A stretch of 64,000 nucleotides of DNA from Verrucomicrobiota bacterium (GTDB lineage: Bacteria; Verrucomicrobiota; Verrucomicrobiia; Palsa-1439): contig VHCW01000007.1 in NCBI GenBank assembly GCA_016871575.1, positions 19,616 to 83,615 on the forward strand, written 5' to 3'. The position numbers were made by a program, and so were the translations under genes. This document shows, in pieces, positions 50,619 to 61,148 of the stretch. Below the pieces are notes generated by a model. That model was not told where the DNA came from. It did not search any database and saw only the letters and a program-made list of their open reading frames with translations. Numbering within the stretch: the stretch's first letter is position 1; each line of letters starts with the position of its first letter.

Positions 50619-51982
50619 CAACGAAAGAGTTTTTGGATTCCCTTTTGGATCAGGTTCTGCGCGGCGCCTTTGAGCAGCGTTTCCGTGATGTTGTTTTTGG
50701 GGGCGTCGTACGGGCCGGACACTTGGAAGGTGATGGCGAGGAAACCGTCGGGCTGCTTCTTGAAGATGTCGCGGATTTCGCCGGGCACCTTGGCGAGCAG
50801 GTCGGAAGCGACCGCCAGCGTCACGTCGTGATTGAGCGAATAATCGGCCAGCGACACAACGCCTTTCCCCGTGATCTGCACTTGCGGCGACTTGATGCTA
50901 ATCACCGGCGTGGGCATTTTGTTGTCGGCCATCGTGAACTCAAACCGGCACTCGGTGAATTTGAGATTGCGCAGTTCATTGATATGGAGCAGCACGGCCA
51001 GTGTTTCCAGCAGCGGAACGCCGATGAGCGTGCCATTGACGATTTCGAGTTTGCCGTTGCCGTTCATGGTCGGCAGGCCGCCGCTGCCGGTCAACGAGGT
51101 CTCGGCTTGCAGTTTGCCGGTGAGGGCTGGTTTTGTCTTGGCTTCCTGCAGGAGTTTGCCCATGTCGCCGTCCTTGACCTTGATGTTGACGCCGTACTGG
51201 AAACCGCCGGTCAATTTGACTCCGACATCGCCGCTGACGGCGCCGCCGGCCAGCGTCCCGCTGAGCGGCGCGAGCGCCACGCGTTCCGCCGACATCTTGA
51301 TCGGGGCGGCAATCGTGCGCACGAACAGGGAATCGGCGGCGCTGAGCGTCTCAATCTTGGCGTTGCCGTCGCCTTCCATTTTGGATCCACTGGTTTGCAG
51401 TTTGCTGGTGACGGTCAGATTGCGGATGCGGACGAGTTCCTTCTGCTTTTCGTCGAGCATCACAATCTCCGCATTTTCGAGAGCGAGCTTCGACAACGTG
51501 ATGTCCACGCCCGCCTTGGTGGTCGAGGGCGTTGAGGGTGCGGCGCTCGCGGGCGCGGTTGCGGGAGCAGGAGCCTCTGCTGGGGTTGCGGGTTTCGCGC
51601 CGATCTTATCGTAATTCCACTCGCCCTTGTCGTTGCGCGCCAGCGTGATCACCGGTTTGCGCAACGCCAGCGTCTCGATTTCGACGCGCTTTTGCAAAAG
51701 CGGCCAGAGATTGTAGCGGAGCACAAACTCCTCGGCGGTCAACAACGAGCCATTGAACCCCTGCGGGTTCGCAATGGTCACGCCGCGAAGCGTGATGCCG
51801 CTGAACAGCGAGATATTGAGGTCGTTGATTTGAACTTTTGTGCCGAGCGCATCCTGCGCGGCTTTCAGCGCCAATTCCCTGGTTTCGGGTGATTGGAGCT
51901 TGTGGTTGATGAAGAACACCGCTCCCGCCAGCAGAACGGCTGCGATAATCACCAACACGAACAGAATCTTCAACAGCTTCAT
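50618..51982 (-). CDS. AsmA-family protein
   Basis: ORF 50618..52039 is trimmed to ATG 51982 (MKLLKILFVLVIIAAVLLAGAVFFINHKL). It has an N-terminal anchor followed by a long beta-rich region typical of AsmA-like proteins. Confidence 0.7.
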   Translation of the reverse strand: MKLLKILFVLVIIAAVLLAGAVFFINHKLQSPETRELALKAAQDALGTKVQINDLNISLFSGITLRGVTIANPQGFNGSLLTAEEFVLRYNLWPLLQKRVEIETLALRKPVITLARNDKGEWNYDKIGAKPATPAEAPAPATAPASAAPSTPSTTKAGVDITLSKLALENAEIVMLDEKQKELVRIRNLTVTSKLQTSGSKMEGDGNAKIETLSAADSLFVRTIAAPIKMSAERVALAPLSGTLAGGAVSGDVGVKLTGGFQYGVNIKVKDGDMGKLLQEAKTKPALTGKLQAETSLTGSGGLPTMNGNGKLEIVNGTLIGVPLLETLAVLLHINELRNLKFTECRFEFTMADNKMPTPVISIKSPQVQITGKGVVSLADYSLNHDVTLAVASDLLAKVPGEIRDIFKKQPDGFLAITFQVSGPYDAPKNNITETLLKGAAQNLIQKGIQKLFR

Positions 51983-52049
51983 GGTTTGATCCTCCAGAAA
52001 TAGGTTGGTTTGCCTGACAACGCGTTTACAATAGCGCAACTATCCAGCA

Positions 52050-52916
52050 ATGCCCAGAATTTTTGTCATCTTCAACCCGGCGGCGCGCGGCGAGAAATCG
52101 CAGCGGCTCCGCCGTTTTCTCGAATCGAAGGCCGGGCCGGACGTTACGCTCGCGCCGACCGAGCGGGCCGGCGACGCCACGCGGTTGGCCGCCGAAGCTG
52201 ACGGCATCGTCGTGGCCGCCGGCGGCGACGGCACCATCAACGAGGTCGTCAATGGCCTGCGGTTGCCGGGAGCGACGCTCGGCGTGTTGCCGCTTGGCAC
52301 GGCCAACGTGTTCGCGCGCGAGCTGGGCATTCCGCTGGACTTGGCGGCGGCGTGGGCAACGCTGGAACGCGGTGTGACGCGCGTGATTGACCTCGGCGTC
52401 GCCGAGTTTGCCGGGCGCCAGCGATTCTTCGCGCAACTGGCGGGCGTCGGGTTCGATGCGCGGGCTGTGCGCACGGCGAACTGGGAACTGAAAAAACGGT
52501 TCGGACCGCTCAGCTACGTCTGGGCCGGGTTGGCGGCGTTGCGCGAACAGAAGGACGACGTTGCGGTTGTCGCCGAGGACACCGGCGATACCGCGCGCGG
52601 GATGGCGGTGATGGTTGGGAATGGACGACGTTACGGCGGTCCGTTCCGTCTTTTTCCCGACGCGCAACTCGACGATGGCCTGCTTGATGTTTGCGTGTTC
52701 GAGCGTGGCGGCTACGGCAACGCCTTGCGGCACGGATTCGGTGTGCTGTGCGGCAGACACACGCAGCAACGGGGTGTCCGCTGTTTTCGCAGCGCCCGTT
52801 TTGTTTGCCGCGCTGCCTCGCCGGCCCCGCTGGAACTGGACGGCGAAGATGCGGGCGATGTCCCGGTGTTGTTTCGGCTGGAGCCGCGCGCCTTGCGGGT
52901 CATTGCGCCGGTCTGA
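52050..52916 (+). CDS. Diacylglycerol-kinase-family lipid kinase (YegS/BmrU-like)
   Basis: It contains IFNPAARGEK..., VVAAGGDGTINEVVNGL and GVLPLGTANVFARELGIP. Confidence 0.9.
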   Translation: MPRIFVIFNPAARGEKSQRLRRFLESKAGPDVTLAPTERAGDATRLAAEADGIVVAAGGDGTINEVVNGLRLPGATLGVLPLGTANVFARELGIPLDLAAAWATLERGVTRVIDLGVAEFAGRQRFFAQLAGVGFDARAVRTANWELKKRFGPLSYVWAGLAALREQKDDVAVVAEDTGDTARGMAVMVGNGRRYGGPFRLFPDAQLDDGLLDVCVFERGGYGNALRHGFGVLCGRHTQQRGVRCFRSARFVCRAASPAPLELDGEDAGDVPVLFRLEPRALRVIAPV

Positions 52917-52932
52917 GTTTGGCCGCGTTTCG

Positions 52933-53841
52933 TCAACCGGCCACAAACTGGCTCATCACCCGGAAGATTTCGTAACGCTGGATAATGTCATGTTGCGTCA
53001 GCGTCTGGAGCCGGCCGAGGCTGAAGCTCTCGACGTTGAAGCTGGCGATGACGCTGCCGTAAATGACCGCGTTGCGGAGCGTGTCGCCGTCCACACGGTT
53101 CACGCTGGCGAGGTAGCCGGTGAAACCGCCGGCAAAACAGTCGCCCGCGCCGGTGGGGTCGTGGAGGTCTTCGAGCGGATAGGCCGGGGCGCTGAAGACG
53201 TGGCCGTCGCCGAACAGCAGGCATCCGTGCTCGCCCTTTTTGATGACCACGTGTTTCGGTCCCCAACCGAGCGCCATTCGTCCGGCCTTGATGAGATTGG
53301 TTTGCCGGGTCAACTGGCGCGCCTCGCTTTCGTTCATCACAAAGCAATCAATCCGCGGAAGCAACTGCAGCAGCGGTTCGCGCGCCGTTTCGATCCAGAG
53401 GTCCATCGTGTCGGCCACGACGAAGCGCGGGCGTTGCATCTGGTCCAGCACGTGAAGCTGCAACTCCGGCGCGATGTTGGCGAGGAACACGTACGGCGTG
53501 GCGCGATACTGTTCCGGCAATGCCGGGCGGAACTGCTCGAAGACGTTCAGTTCCGTGGAAAGCGTCCGACGGTTGTTCATGTCCCATTCGTACTCGCCCG
53601 ACCAGCGGAAGGTTTTGCCATTGGCGATTTCGAGGCCGTCGAGGTTGATCCGGTGTTTTTGGTACAGTTCAAGGTACGGACGGGGAAAATCGTTGCCGAC
53701 AATGCCGACGAGGTTGACATGGGTGAAAAAACCCGCCGCCACGCCCGCGTAGCTGGCGGAGCCGCCAAGCAGATCGTGATGTTCTTCCAACGGTGTTTTG
53801 ACGGTGTCGAGTGCAATCGAGCCTGTGATCAATACGCTCAT
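52933..53841 (-). CDS. PfkB-family carbohydrate/nucleoside kinase
   Basis: It contains ITGSIALDTV...GGSASYA near the N-terminus and DPTGAGDCFAGGF (PfkB signature 2) near the C-terminus. Confidence 0.9.
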   Translation of the reverse strand: MSVLITGSIALDTVKTPLEEHHDLLGGSASYAGVAAGFFTHVNLVGIVGNDFPRPYLELYQKHRINLDGLEIANGKTFRWSGEYEWDMNNRRTLSTELNVFEQFRPALPEQYRATPYVFLANIAPELQLHVLDQMQRPRFVVADTMDLWIETAREPLLQLLPRIDCFVMNESEARQLTRQTNLIKAGRMALGWGPKHVVIKKGEHGCLLFGDGHVFSAPAYPLEDLHDPTGAGDCFAGGFTGYLASVNRVDGDTLRNAVIYGSVIASFNVESFSLGRLQTLTQHDIIQRYEIFRVMSQFVAG

Positions 53842-53917
53842 GATGCGGTTTATGTAGCCGCAAACAGCCGTGAATGCACGCGAATTTCACTTGCCAACGC
53901 CGAAGTGGGATTACCAC

Positions 53918-53946
53918 TTGACCGGGTAGAGGGGTTTGCCTATAGT
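53918..53946 (+). promoter_or_regulatory. sigma70-like promoter upstream of nusA
   Basis: TTGACC (53918-53923), a 17-nt spacer, then TATAGT (53941-53946), read directly. It lies about 120 nt upstream of the nusA ATG. Confidence 0.55.
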
Positions 53947-53979
53947 TCGAACTTGAAATTGGAGGCTGCGAGCGATGAA

Positions 53980-54003
53980 GTGGGTGTGTGCACCCGCTTT
54001 TTT
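53980..54003 (+). terminator. Intrinsic-terminator-like hairpin in the nusA leader (candidate attenuator)
   Basis: The stem GUGGGUG (53980-53986) pairs with CACCCGC (53991-53997), including one G-U pair. The loop is UGUG and a T6 run follows (53998-54003). It sits between the putative promoter and the nusA ATG (54066). Confidence 0.5.
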
Positions 54004-54065
54004 GTTCCCTTGCGCGAGTGTTCGCGGCCGACAAAAAGACAATTAAACAACCAGACAACAATATT

Positions 54066-55334
54066 ATGAACGGTGAACTGATAGCGGTCTTGGAGTATTT
54101 GCAGCGAGAAAAGGGCCTCGATAAAGAGACCCTGCTTCAAGCTGTTGAAAAGGCCATTCTTCAGGCATCGAAGAAATCCGTCGGCCCCGCCAACGACGTT
54201 CGCATCGAGATTGACCGCAAAAACGGCAATATCCGCGCATTTGCCAAACTGTTGGTTGTCGAGAACGTGGTCAACAAACACGACGAAGTCACCCTTTCCG
54301 ACGCGCGGCAGCGGGTTCCGAACATTCAACTTGGCGAATCCATCGAGGTCGAGGTCACGCCCTCCAATTTCGGGCGGATTGCCGCCCAAACCGCCAAACA
54401 GGCGATGTTGCAAAGCATCCGTCAGGCCGAACGAACCATGGTGTTTGAGGAGTTCAAAGGGCGGGCGGGCGATATCGTGTCGGGCACCGTGCGGCGTTTT
54501 GAGCGCAGCGACGTGATCGTGGACTTGGGCCGGATCGAGGCGATGATGCCGAGCCGCGAACGCGTTCCCATCGAGGAATACCAGCCCGGCGACCGGATTC
54601 GGGCCTACATTCTCACTGTTGAAAACGCGTTGCGCGGACCGGAAATCGTGCTGTCGCGGGCGCACCCGGATTTTGTAAAGAAACTGTTCGAGCTGGAAGT
54701 CAGCGAAATCGCCGATAAGACCGTCGAAATCAAGGCCATCGCCCGCGAGGCCGGTTATCGCACGAAGATTGCCGTGTATTCGCGCGACGAGAAGGTGGAC
54801 CCGGTCGGCGCGTGCGTTGGGCTGCGCGGGATGCGCGTCAAAAACATCGTTCGGGAACTCAGTGGCGAGAAGATTGACATTCATCGTTGGTCTCCCAATG
54901 TGCGTGAGTTTGTCATGGAAGCGCTCAAGCCGGCCAAGGTGAAATCTTTGGAGGTGGAAGAAGCGGCCAGAACGGTGCGGGTGCTTGTGGATTCCGATCA
55001 GCTTTCGCTGGCCATCGGCAAGAAAGGCCAAAATGCCCGTCTCACCGCCAAATTGACCGGTTGGAAGGTGGACATTATGAAGGCCGAGACGGCTGAACTT
55101 GGTTTTGAAGAGAAAGTCGCGCGCGCCATCAAGGAATTGGCCGCGTTGCCCGGCATGGATCGGCCGACGGCGCAGATGCTCGTCAATTGCGGTTTCCATT
55201 CTGTCGAAGGGCTGCTGGCAGCGGACGTAAACGATCTGATTGAGTTGCTGGGTGAAGAGACAGCCAAAGCGGTGCACGACATTGTCGTGGCCGCGCAAGA
55301 ACGTCAAGAGCGAGGCACAGGCGCAACCTCATGA
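54066..55334 (+). CDS. nusA: Transcription termination/antitermination factor NusA
   Basis: The N-terminus MNGELIAVLEYLQREKGLDKETLLQAVEKAI is typical of NusA. It is followed by S1 and KH regions (...GDIVSGTVRRFERSDVIVDLG...; ...ACVGLRGMRVKNIVRELSGEKIDI...). The ORF is trimmed from 53988. Confidence 0.95.
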   Translation: MNGELIAVLEYLQREKGLDKETLLQAVEKAILQASKKSVGPANDVRIEIDRKNGNIRAFAKLLVVENVVNKHDEVTLSDARQRVPNIQLGESIEVEVTPSNFGRIAAQTAKQAMLQSIRQAERTMVFEEFKGRAGDIVSGTVRRFERSDVIVDLGRIEAMMPSRERVPIEEYQPGDRIRAYILTVENALRGPEIVLSRAHPDFVKKLFELEVSEIADKTVEIKAIAREAGYRTKIAVYSRDEKVDPVGACVGLRGMRVKNIVRELSGEKIDIHRWSPNVREFVMEALKPAKVKSLEVEEAARTVRVLVDSDQLSLAIGKKGQNARLTAKLTGWKVDIMKAETAELGFEEKVARAIKELAALPGMDRPTAQMLVNCGFHSVEGLLAADVNDLIELLGEETAKAVHDIVVAAQERQERGTGATS

Positions 55335-57628
55335 GCATTCGCGTCCACGAACTAGCCAAGCGTTGCGGCCTCTCCAACAAAGAGATGATGGAGAAGCTGG
55401 TTGCCATCAAGTACCCGGTCAAGTCGGTTTCCAGTACGGTGGACAACATCACGGCTGAATCGCTTGAACAAGAGTACGGTTACGTTCCACCGCCGCCGGC
55501 GCCACCCGAGCCTCCCGCTCCTGCTCCGCCACCGGTATCTGAGCCGCAACCTCCCCCGCCCCAAGAACCTCCGCCGGCTCCTGTTGTCGTTCCAGAACCG
55601 CCCCAACCGGTTGCACCGCCGCCACCACCGGTGCCGCCACCGGCGCCAAAACCGCCACCGCCAATGATCGGGCCGGTCAAGCCCGCGACGGCGGTTGCGC
55701 CGCCGAAACCGCCTGTTGCGGCTCCGAGACAAGCTGTTGTCTCCACGGTAAAACCACCGCCGCCTCCGCGCATAGTCGCCCCGCCTCCCAGCGTCAGCGT
55801 TGGACCGACGTTCACCACCAACGAACGCGGCCAGAAGGTCATCCAGATGAAGCCGCCGGTCGTTGTCCGCGATTTGGCGCAACGCGTCGGCGTGAAGGCG
55901 CACTTGTTGCTGGCCGAATTGATGCAACTCAACGTCTTCGCCAATCTCAACGAAACCATCGGCGAAGACGTGGCGCGCAAAATCTGCGAACGCCATGGGT
56001 TCCTCTTTGATCTTGAAAAACGAGACCGCGGCGCCGGTCTGGCGCATCCGCCACAGAAACGGGAAGTCAAAGTCGAGGCCGGCGAGAAAGCCGAGGACTT
56101 GAAGTTCCGCCAGCCGGTGGTGACGGTGATGGGACACGTTGACCACGGCAAGACGTCGTTGCTCGACGCGATCCGCAAGACCGACGTGGTCGCGCACGAG
56201 TCCGGCGGCATTACCCAGCACATCGGCGCCAGCGTGGTGACGTTGCCCGACGGCAAGAAGATCACGTTCCTCGACACGCCCGGCCACCAGGCGTTCACCA
56301 AGATGCGCGCCCGCGGCGCCAACGTGACGGACATCGCGATTCTCGTGGTGGCCGCCGATGATGGCGTGATGCCGCAAACGCTCGAAGCGATCAATCACGC
56401 CAAGGCCGCCAAGGTGCCCGTCATTATCGCCGTCAACAAATGCGACCTGGCGGCCGCGAATCCCGACCGCGTGAAGAAACAATTGCAGGAACACGGCCTC
56501 AATCCCGAATCGTGGGGCGGCGACACCATCGCCGTGGACGTGTCGGCGACGACAAAGAAGAACCTTGATACGCTGCTGGAGATGATCCTGCTCCAAGCGG
56601 AAATGATGGAGTTGAAGGCCAACCCGAAAGGCCCCGCCAAAGGCAACGTCATCGAAGCCCAAATGGAGCCGGGCATGGGACCGACCGCCACGGTCCTCGT
56701 CCGCAAAGGCACGTTGAAAACCGGCGACGCGCTCATCTGCGGGGCGCACATGGCAAAGGTGCGCGCGCTCATTGACGACAAAGGCAAGCGCGTGAAGGAG
56801 GCCGGCCCGGCGACGCCGGTGAAGATCGTCGGGTTTACCGGGCTGCCGGAGGCGGGCGCCGAGTTTGAAGTCTTGAAGAACGAAAAGGAAGCGCGCGAGT
56901 TGAGCGAGCAGCGCGCGCTGGCCGAACGCGCAGCCGCCGCGACCGCCGAGGCGGCCGGCGGACGGCGCGGAACACGGCTGGAGGATTTGTTGAGCCAGTT
57001 GGAGAAGGGCGAAAAGAAGAAGCTCGGCATCGTGTTGAAGGCGGACGTGCAGGGGTCGTTGGAGGCAATCCACGATTCGCTCGGCAAACTCAAGAGCGAC
57101 AAGGTGGAACTGGACGTCATCCACGGCGCTGTTGGCACTGTTACGGAGAACGATGTGCTGCTGGCAAGCGCTTCCGATGCCGTCATCATCGGTTTCCGGG
57201 TCAAGACCGAAAGCGGTGTGACCGACGTGGCCAAGCGCGAAGACGTCCAGATCAAACTGTACACCATCATTTACGAGCTCCTCGAACAGGTCGAGGAAGC
57301 CATGGAAGGATTGTTGGAACCGGAATCCAAGGAAGTGGTGATCGGTCGCGCCGAGATTCGCCAGGTTTTCCAGCTCAGCAAGGGACCGTTCGTCGCCGGT
57401 TGCTACGTCAACAGCGGGCGCATCCAGCGCACGGGCCGCGCGCGCTTGTTGCGGCGCAAGGCTGTCCAGTACGAGGGCAAGATTATCAGCCTCAAACATT
57501 TCCAGGATGACGTGAAAGAGGTCAAGGCCGGCGCCGAGTGCGGCCTGCGCCTCGACAATTTCCATGACTTCCAACCCGGCGACATCATCGAGTGTTACAC
57601 GGTGGAGAAAGTTGCCGCCACGCTGTAA
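55331..57628 (+). CDS. infB: Translation initiation factor IF-2
   Basis: G-domain motifs are present: [21 protein letters not shown]. The N-terminal region is proline-rich. There is an ATGA overlap with nusA. Confidence 0.97.
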   Translation: MSIRVHELAKRCGLSNKEMMEKLVAIKYPVKSVSSTVDNITAESLEQEYGYVPPPPAPPEPPAPAPPPVSEPQPPPPQEPPPAPVVVPEPPQPVAPPPPPVPPPAPKPPPPMIGPVKPATAVAPPKPPVAAPRQAVVSTVKPPPPPRIVAPPPSVSVGPTFTTNERGQKVIQMKPPVVVRDLAQRVGVKAHLLLAELMQLNVFANLNETIGEDVARKICERHGFLFDLEKRDRGAGLAHPPQKREVKVEAGEKAEDLKFRQPVVTVMGHVDHGKTSLLDAIRKTDVVAHESGGITQHIGASVVTLPDGKKITFLDTPGHQAFTKMRARGANVTDIAILVVAADDGVMPQTLEAINHAKAAKVPVIIAVNKCDLAAANPDRVKKQLQEHGLNPESWGGDTIAVDVSATTKKNLDTLLEMILLQAEMMELKANPKGPAKGNVIEAQMEPGMGPTATVLVRKGTLKTGDALICGAHMAKVRALIDDKGKRVKEAGPATPVKIVGFTGLPEAGAEFEVLKNEKEARELSEQRALAERAAAATAEAAGGRRGTRLEDLLSQLEKGEKKKLGIVLKADVQGSLEAIHDSLGKLKSDKVELDVIHGAVGTVTENDVLLASASDAVIIGFRVKTESGVTDVAKREDVQIKLYTIIYELLEQVEEAMEGLLEPESKEVVIGRAEIRQVFQLSKGPFVAGCYVNSGRIQRTGRARLLRRKAVQYEGKIISLKHFQDDVKEVKAGAECGLRLDNFHDFQPGDIIECYTVEKVAATL

Positions 57629-57654
57629 ACGAAAACGGAGGTAAGCCGCGAGCC

Positions 57655-58008
57655 ATGAGCCACCGGCGCATTGAACGAGTTTCGGAGTTGGTCAAACAAC
57701 AGATCGGCGAGATTGTGCAGCAACTCAATCTTGCCGGCTGCGGCTTTGTCACCGTCACTTCCGCTGTTGTCAGCCAGGACCTGCGCGACGGGCGCGTCTA
57801 TGTCAGCGTCATCGGCACAGCGAAACAACAACAAGCCGCCATCGCGGCGCTCGAAGAAGCGCATGGCCATATCCAACACGAACTCTCGCGCCGCGTGATC
57901 CTCAAGTACACACCGCGCTTGAAATTTCTCCTCGATGAAACCGAGTCCCACGCCCAGCGCATCGAACACCTCCTCGACGAACTCCACATCGAGCCGTCCA
58001 ATGACTGA
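57655..58008 (+). CDS. rbfA: Ribosome-binding factor A
   Basis: The sequence MSHRRIERVSELVKQQIGEIVQQ...VTVTSAVVSQDLRDGRVYVSV...LKYTPRLKF is typical of RbfA. The ORF is trimmed from 57592. Confidence 0.9.
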   Translation: MSHRRIERVSELVKQQIGEIVQQLNLAGCGFVTVTSAVVSQDLRDGRVYVSVIGTAKQQQAAIAALEEAHGHIQHELSRRVILKYTPRLKFLLDETESHAQRIEHLLDELHIEPSND

Positions 58009-58984
58009 TCCCTGCCTGCAAATCGCCGGACTGTTGCGCCAGCACCAGAGTTTCCTCCTGCTCTCCCACTACCGGCCCGACGGCGACGCCATCGGCTCGC
58101 AGCTTGCCCTCGCCATCCTTCTGAAAGCACTCGGCAAACAAGTCACCGTCTGGAATGACGACCCTGTTCCGGCAAAATTCCGCTTCCTCCCCCACAGCGA
58201 CCTCCTCACCCGTCCGCCCGACGCGCCGCGGGATTTCGACGTTGTCATCGCCGTGGACACCTCGACATGGCAACGCGTCGGCGTCGCCGCCCAACGCATC
58301 GGCAGCCGGAAAGCGTTCGTCAACATTGACCACCACGTCAGCAACGAAAAATTCGCCGAGATCAACTGGGTCGTCCCCGCAGCGCCCGCCACCGGCCAGA
58401 TCGTCTTCGACCTCATCAAACGCGGCGGATTCAGCCTCAGCCTCGACATCGCCAACTGCCTCTATGCCGCCATCGCCACCGACACCGGCAACTTCACCTA
58501 CGCCAACACCAATGCCGCGTCGTTGCGCGCCGCCGCCGACCTCGTCGAAACCGGCGTCAACGTCGGCGACCTCTGCCGCCACATTTACGAGAGCTACCCG
58601 TACGCCCGCGTCCAGCTTCTCCAGATGGCGCTCGCCGATCTTACGATGACCGACCGCAACCGCATCGCCTACTACTGGCTCACCAACGACATGTTCCAGC
58701 GCTCCAACGCCAAGCGCGAGGACACCGAGGGACTCATTGATTACGCGCGCTCGATTCAAGGCGTCCTTGTCGCCGTCCTCTTCGAGGAACTGCCCGAACC
58801 CGGCAAGTTCCGCATGAGCCTCCGTTCCAAACATCCGAAGGTTGACGTCAACAGCATCGCCCGCCATTTTGGCGGCGGCGGCCACCGCGAAGCCGCCGGC
58901 GCCCGGCTCAGTGGCACGCCGCACGAAGTCGAGGCGAAAGTCGTCGCCACCATCTCCAAAGCCATCCAAGACGCCGGACTATGA
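58001..58984 (+). CDS. nrnA: DHH/DHHA1 phosphoesterase (NrnA-like oligoribonuclease / pAp phosphatase)
   Basis: Motifs seen: HYRPDGDAIGS, AVDTS, NIDHH, TDTGNF, GGGGH. The ORF is trimmed from 57935 to ATG 58001. Confidence 0.85.
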   Translation: MTDPCLQIAGLLRQHQSFLLLSHYRPDGDAIGSQLALAILLKALGKQVTVWNDDPVPAKFRFLPHSDLLTRPPDAPRDFDVVIAVDTSTWQRVGVAAQRIGSRKAFVNIDHHVSNEKFAEINWVVPAAPATGQIVFDLIKRGGFSLSLDIANCLYAAIATDTGNFTYANTNAASLRAAADLVETGVNVGDLCRHIYESYPYARVQLLQMALADLTMTDRNRIAYYWLTNDMFQRSNAKREDTEGLIDYARSIQGVLVAVLFEELPEPGKFRMSLRSKHPKVDVNSIARHFGGGGHREAAGARLSGTPHEVEAKVVATISKAIQDAGL

Positions 58985-59700
58985 CGCCCCAACTCACCCC
59001 ATTCGACGGCGTTCTCCTCGTGGACAAGCCGCCTCTCCTCACCTCCCACGATGTTGTGGACCGCATCCGCCGGCATTTCGGTTTCCACAAAGTCGGCCAC
59101 TGCGGCACACTCGACCCTGCCGCGACGGGCTTGCTCGTCATCGTCCTCGAACGCGCCACCAAACTTCAAGAGCGGTTGATGATTGAAGACAAAACCTACG
59201 AAGGCACTCTCAAGCTCGGCATCGCCACCGATTCGCAGGACGCCGACGGTGAGGTCATCGCTGAAAAAAACGTCCCGCCCCTCACCGCCGCCGACCTCGA
59301 AGCCGTCTTCAAAAAATTCACCGGTGACATCCAACAGATGCCGCCGATGGTCAGCGCCAAGAAAATCGCCGGCGTCCCGCTCTACAAACTCGCCCGCAAA
59401 GGCAAGACCGTCGAACGCGAGTTGCGCAACGTTCACATCTACGATTTTCGCCTGCTGAAATTCGCTTTGCCCGACGCCGAGTTCCGTGTCACCTGCACCA
59501 AGGGCACCTACGTCCGCACCCTGTGCCACGACATCGGCGACCAACTCGGCTGCGGCGGCCATCTCTCCACGCTCCGCCGCACCCGCTCCGGTCGCTTCGA
59601 CGTCAAGGACGCCCACAAACTCAACGAGCTACTGTTGCTCAACCGCCAGGAACTCCAGCCCTGCATCATTCCGATCTTGAAACTCATCAAGCCCGCGTGA
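58981..59700 (+). CDS. truB: tRNA pseudouridine(55) synthase TruB
   Basis: It contains VDKP...TSHDVV and the catalytic GHCGTLDPAATGLL, then ...QMPPMVSAKK. There is an ATGA overlap with the upstream gene. Confidence 0.95.
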   Translation: MTPQLTPFDGVLLVDKPPLLTSHDVVDRIRRHFGFHKVGHCGTLDPAATGLLVIVLERATKLQERLMIEDKTYEGTLKLGIATDSQDADGEVIAEKNVPPLTAADLEAVFKKFTGDIQQMPPMVSAKKIAGVPLYKLARKGKTVERELRNVHIYDFRLLKFALPDAEFRVTCTKGTYVRTLCHDIGDQLGCGGHLSTLRRTRSGRFDVKDAHKLNELLLLNRQELQPCIIPILKLIKPA

Positions 59701-60581
59701 TGAAAGTCCTCCACTCACTCGCCGAACTCGCCTCGTTGAACCGCCCGCTCAACGTTGCCATCGGCGTATTCGACGGCGTCCACCTCGGCCACCAGCGCGT
59801 CATCGCCCACGCCTCTGTTGTTCTCACCTTCGATCCACATCCCATGCGAGTCCTCCATCCCGACAAAGCGCCGCCGCTGCTCACCTCCACGCCACACAAA
59901 CTCGCGCTCATCCAAAAACTTGGTGTGGATGTCGCGCTCGTCCTGCCATTCACTCGTGAATTTGCCGACATTCCTGCGGAGACATTCCTGGAACAACTTG
60001 CCACACACCGTGTCCGGCAAATCTGCGTCGGCGCCCGTTTCCATTTCGGACACAATCGCGCCGGCAACGCCACCCTCATGGAACGCCACGCCGCCCGCCT
60101 CGGCTACACCGTCAACGAAATTCCCGCCGTCCACACCGCCGACGGTGAGATGATCAGTTCCTCGGCCGTCCGCGCGCACGTATTGCACGGACGCCTCGAC
60201 CGCGCCGCCGCCATGCTCGGCCGACCGTTCCGCTTGCTTGGCACCGTCGAACCCGGCGACCAACGCGGACGCTCGCTCGGTTTCCCCACCGCGAACCTGA
60301 ACCTCCACAACGAAGTCCTCCCGCCCGATGGTGTCTATGCCGCCCGCGTCGGACAACGCATTGCCGTCGTCAACGTCGGCCTTCGTCCCACCTTCCAACA
60401 CGCCACGCCCGGCCGCCTCATCGAAGTCCACCTCCTCGATTTCACCGGCGACCTCTACGGTCAGGACATCGAAGTCGCCCTCATCCAAAAACTCCGTGGC
60501 GAACAGAAGTTCCCCAACATCGAGGCGCTCCAAGCCCAAATCCGCGCCGACATCGCCCAAGCCCGTCGCCTCCTCACCTGA
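59700..60581 (+). CDS. ribF: Bifunctional riboflavin kinase / FMN adenylyltransferase
   Basis: ORF 59523..60581 is trimmed to ATG 59700 (MKVLHSL...AIGVFDGVHLGHQRVI). The C-terminal kinase part contains ...GRSLGFPTANL...GVYA...EVHLLDF.GDLYG.... Confidence 0.9.
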   Translation: MKVLHSLAELASLNRPLNVAIGVFDGVHLGHQRVIAHASVVLTFDPHPMRVLHPDKAPPLLTSTPHKLALIQKLGVDVALVLPFTREFADIPAETFLEQLATHRVRQICVGARFHFGHNRAGNATLMERHAARLGYTVNEIPAVHTADGEMISSSAVRAHVLHGRLDRAAAMLGRPFRLLGTVEPGDQRGRSLGFPTANLNLHNEVLPPDGVYAARVGQRIAVVNVGLRPTFQHATPGRLIEVHLLDFTGDLYGQDIEVALIQKLRGEQKFPNIEALQAQIRADIAQARRLLT

Positions 60582-60600
60582 CCTCCGCCAAACACGTGCT

Positions 60601-60638
60601 GGTTGACATCTTAACCACACTGGTTAACATGTTAACCA
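60601..60638. promoter_or_regulatory. Pair of AT-rich palindromic operator-like sites upstream of the XRE regulator gene
   Basis: GGTTGACATCTTAACC lies at 60601-60616. The perfect palindrome TGGTTAACATGTTAACCA lies at 60621-60638. The centres are 21 bp apart. Confidence 0.6.
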
Positions 60639-60642
60639 TCAA

Positions 60643-61125
60643 ATGGAGACACGTATGAAAGGTTCCCGACCGATTCGCTATCAAATCCTCGATCCCCATG
60701 AGTCGCCCCCGTCCCGTCAGAGCCGATACCGACGGGGGCGTTGCCGCAAAACGGTGGCATTGCACGCCAACATCGCCTCAATGGGACACTACCTGCGCGC
60801 GTGCCGCTTCCGGGATGGACGCGGCGGTCGAGGCGAATGGTCAATGCGACACGTGGCGCAACTGGCGGAGATGAATCACAGCATCTTGTCGCAAGTGGAA
60901 CGAGGCAAGCGTCGTGTCGTTGCCGACGATCTGCTGCGTCTGGCGGATGTGCTTGGCGAAGACCGCGAAGCACTGCTGGTACGCGCCGGTTATCTGCCGG
61001 CCTCGGCACTGGCCAACCGTGGCCAATACCAACTGACCGGTGCCGAACGCCAACTCATTGACATCGTCCGTGCCCAACCGCGTTTGCTGGAGTTGCTGAA
61101 GGCGCTGTCTTCTCACAAACCCTGA
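60643..61125 (+). CDS. XRE-family helix-turn-helix transcriptional regulator
   Basis: The HTH region is WSMRHVAQLAEMNHSILSQVERGKRRVVADDLLRLADVLGEDREALL. The start is uncertain: ATG 60643, or ATG 60781 (MGHYLRACR...). Confidence 0.75.
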   Translation: METRMKGSRPIRYQILDPHESPPSRQSRYRRGRCRKTVALHANIASMGHYLRACRFRDGRGGRGEWSMRHVAQLAEMNHSILSQVERGKRRVVADDLLRLADVLGEDREALLVRAGYLPASALANRGQYQLTGAERQLIDIVRAQPRLLELLKALSSHKP

Positions 61126-61148
61126 ACCACACCCCGAAAAACAGAGAC

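Noticed and set aside
55480-55800. Proline-rich repetitive region near the 5' end of infB, considered as a separate repeat feature or pseudogene signal
   Set aside because: It is in frame and continuous with the conserved IF-2 G domain. Low-complexity N-terminal regions are normal in IF-2.
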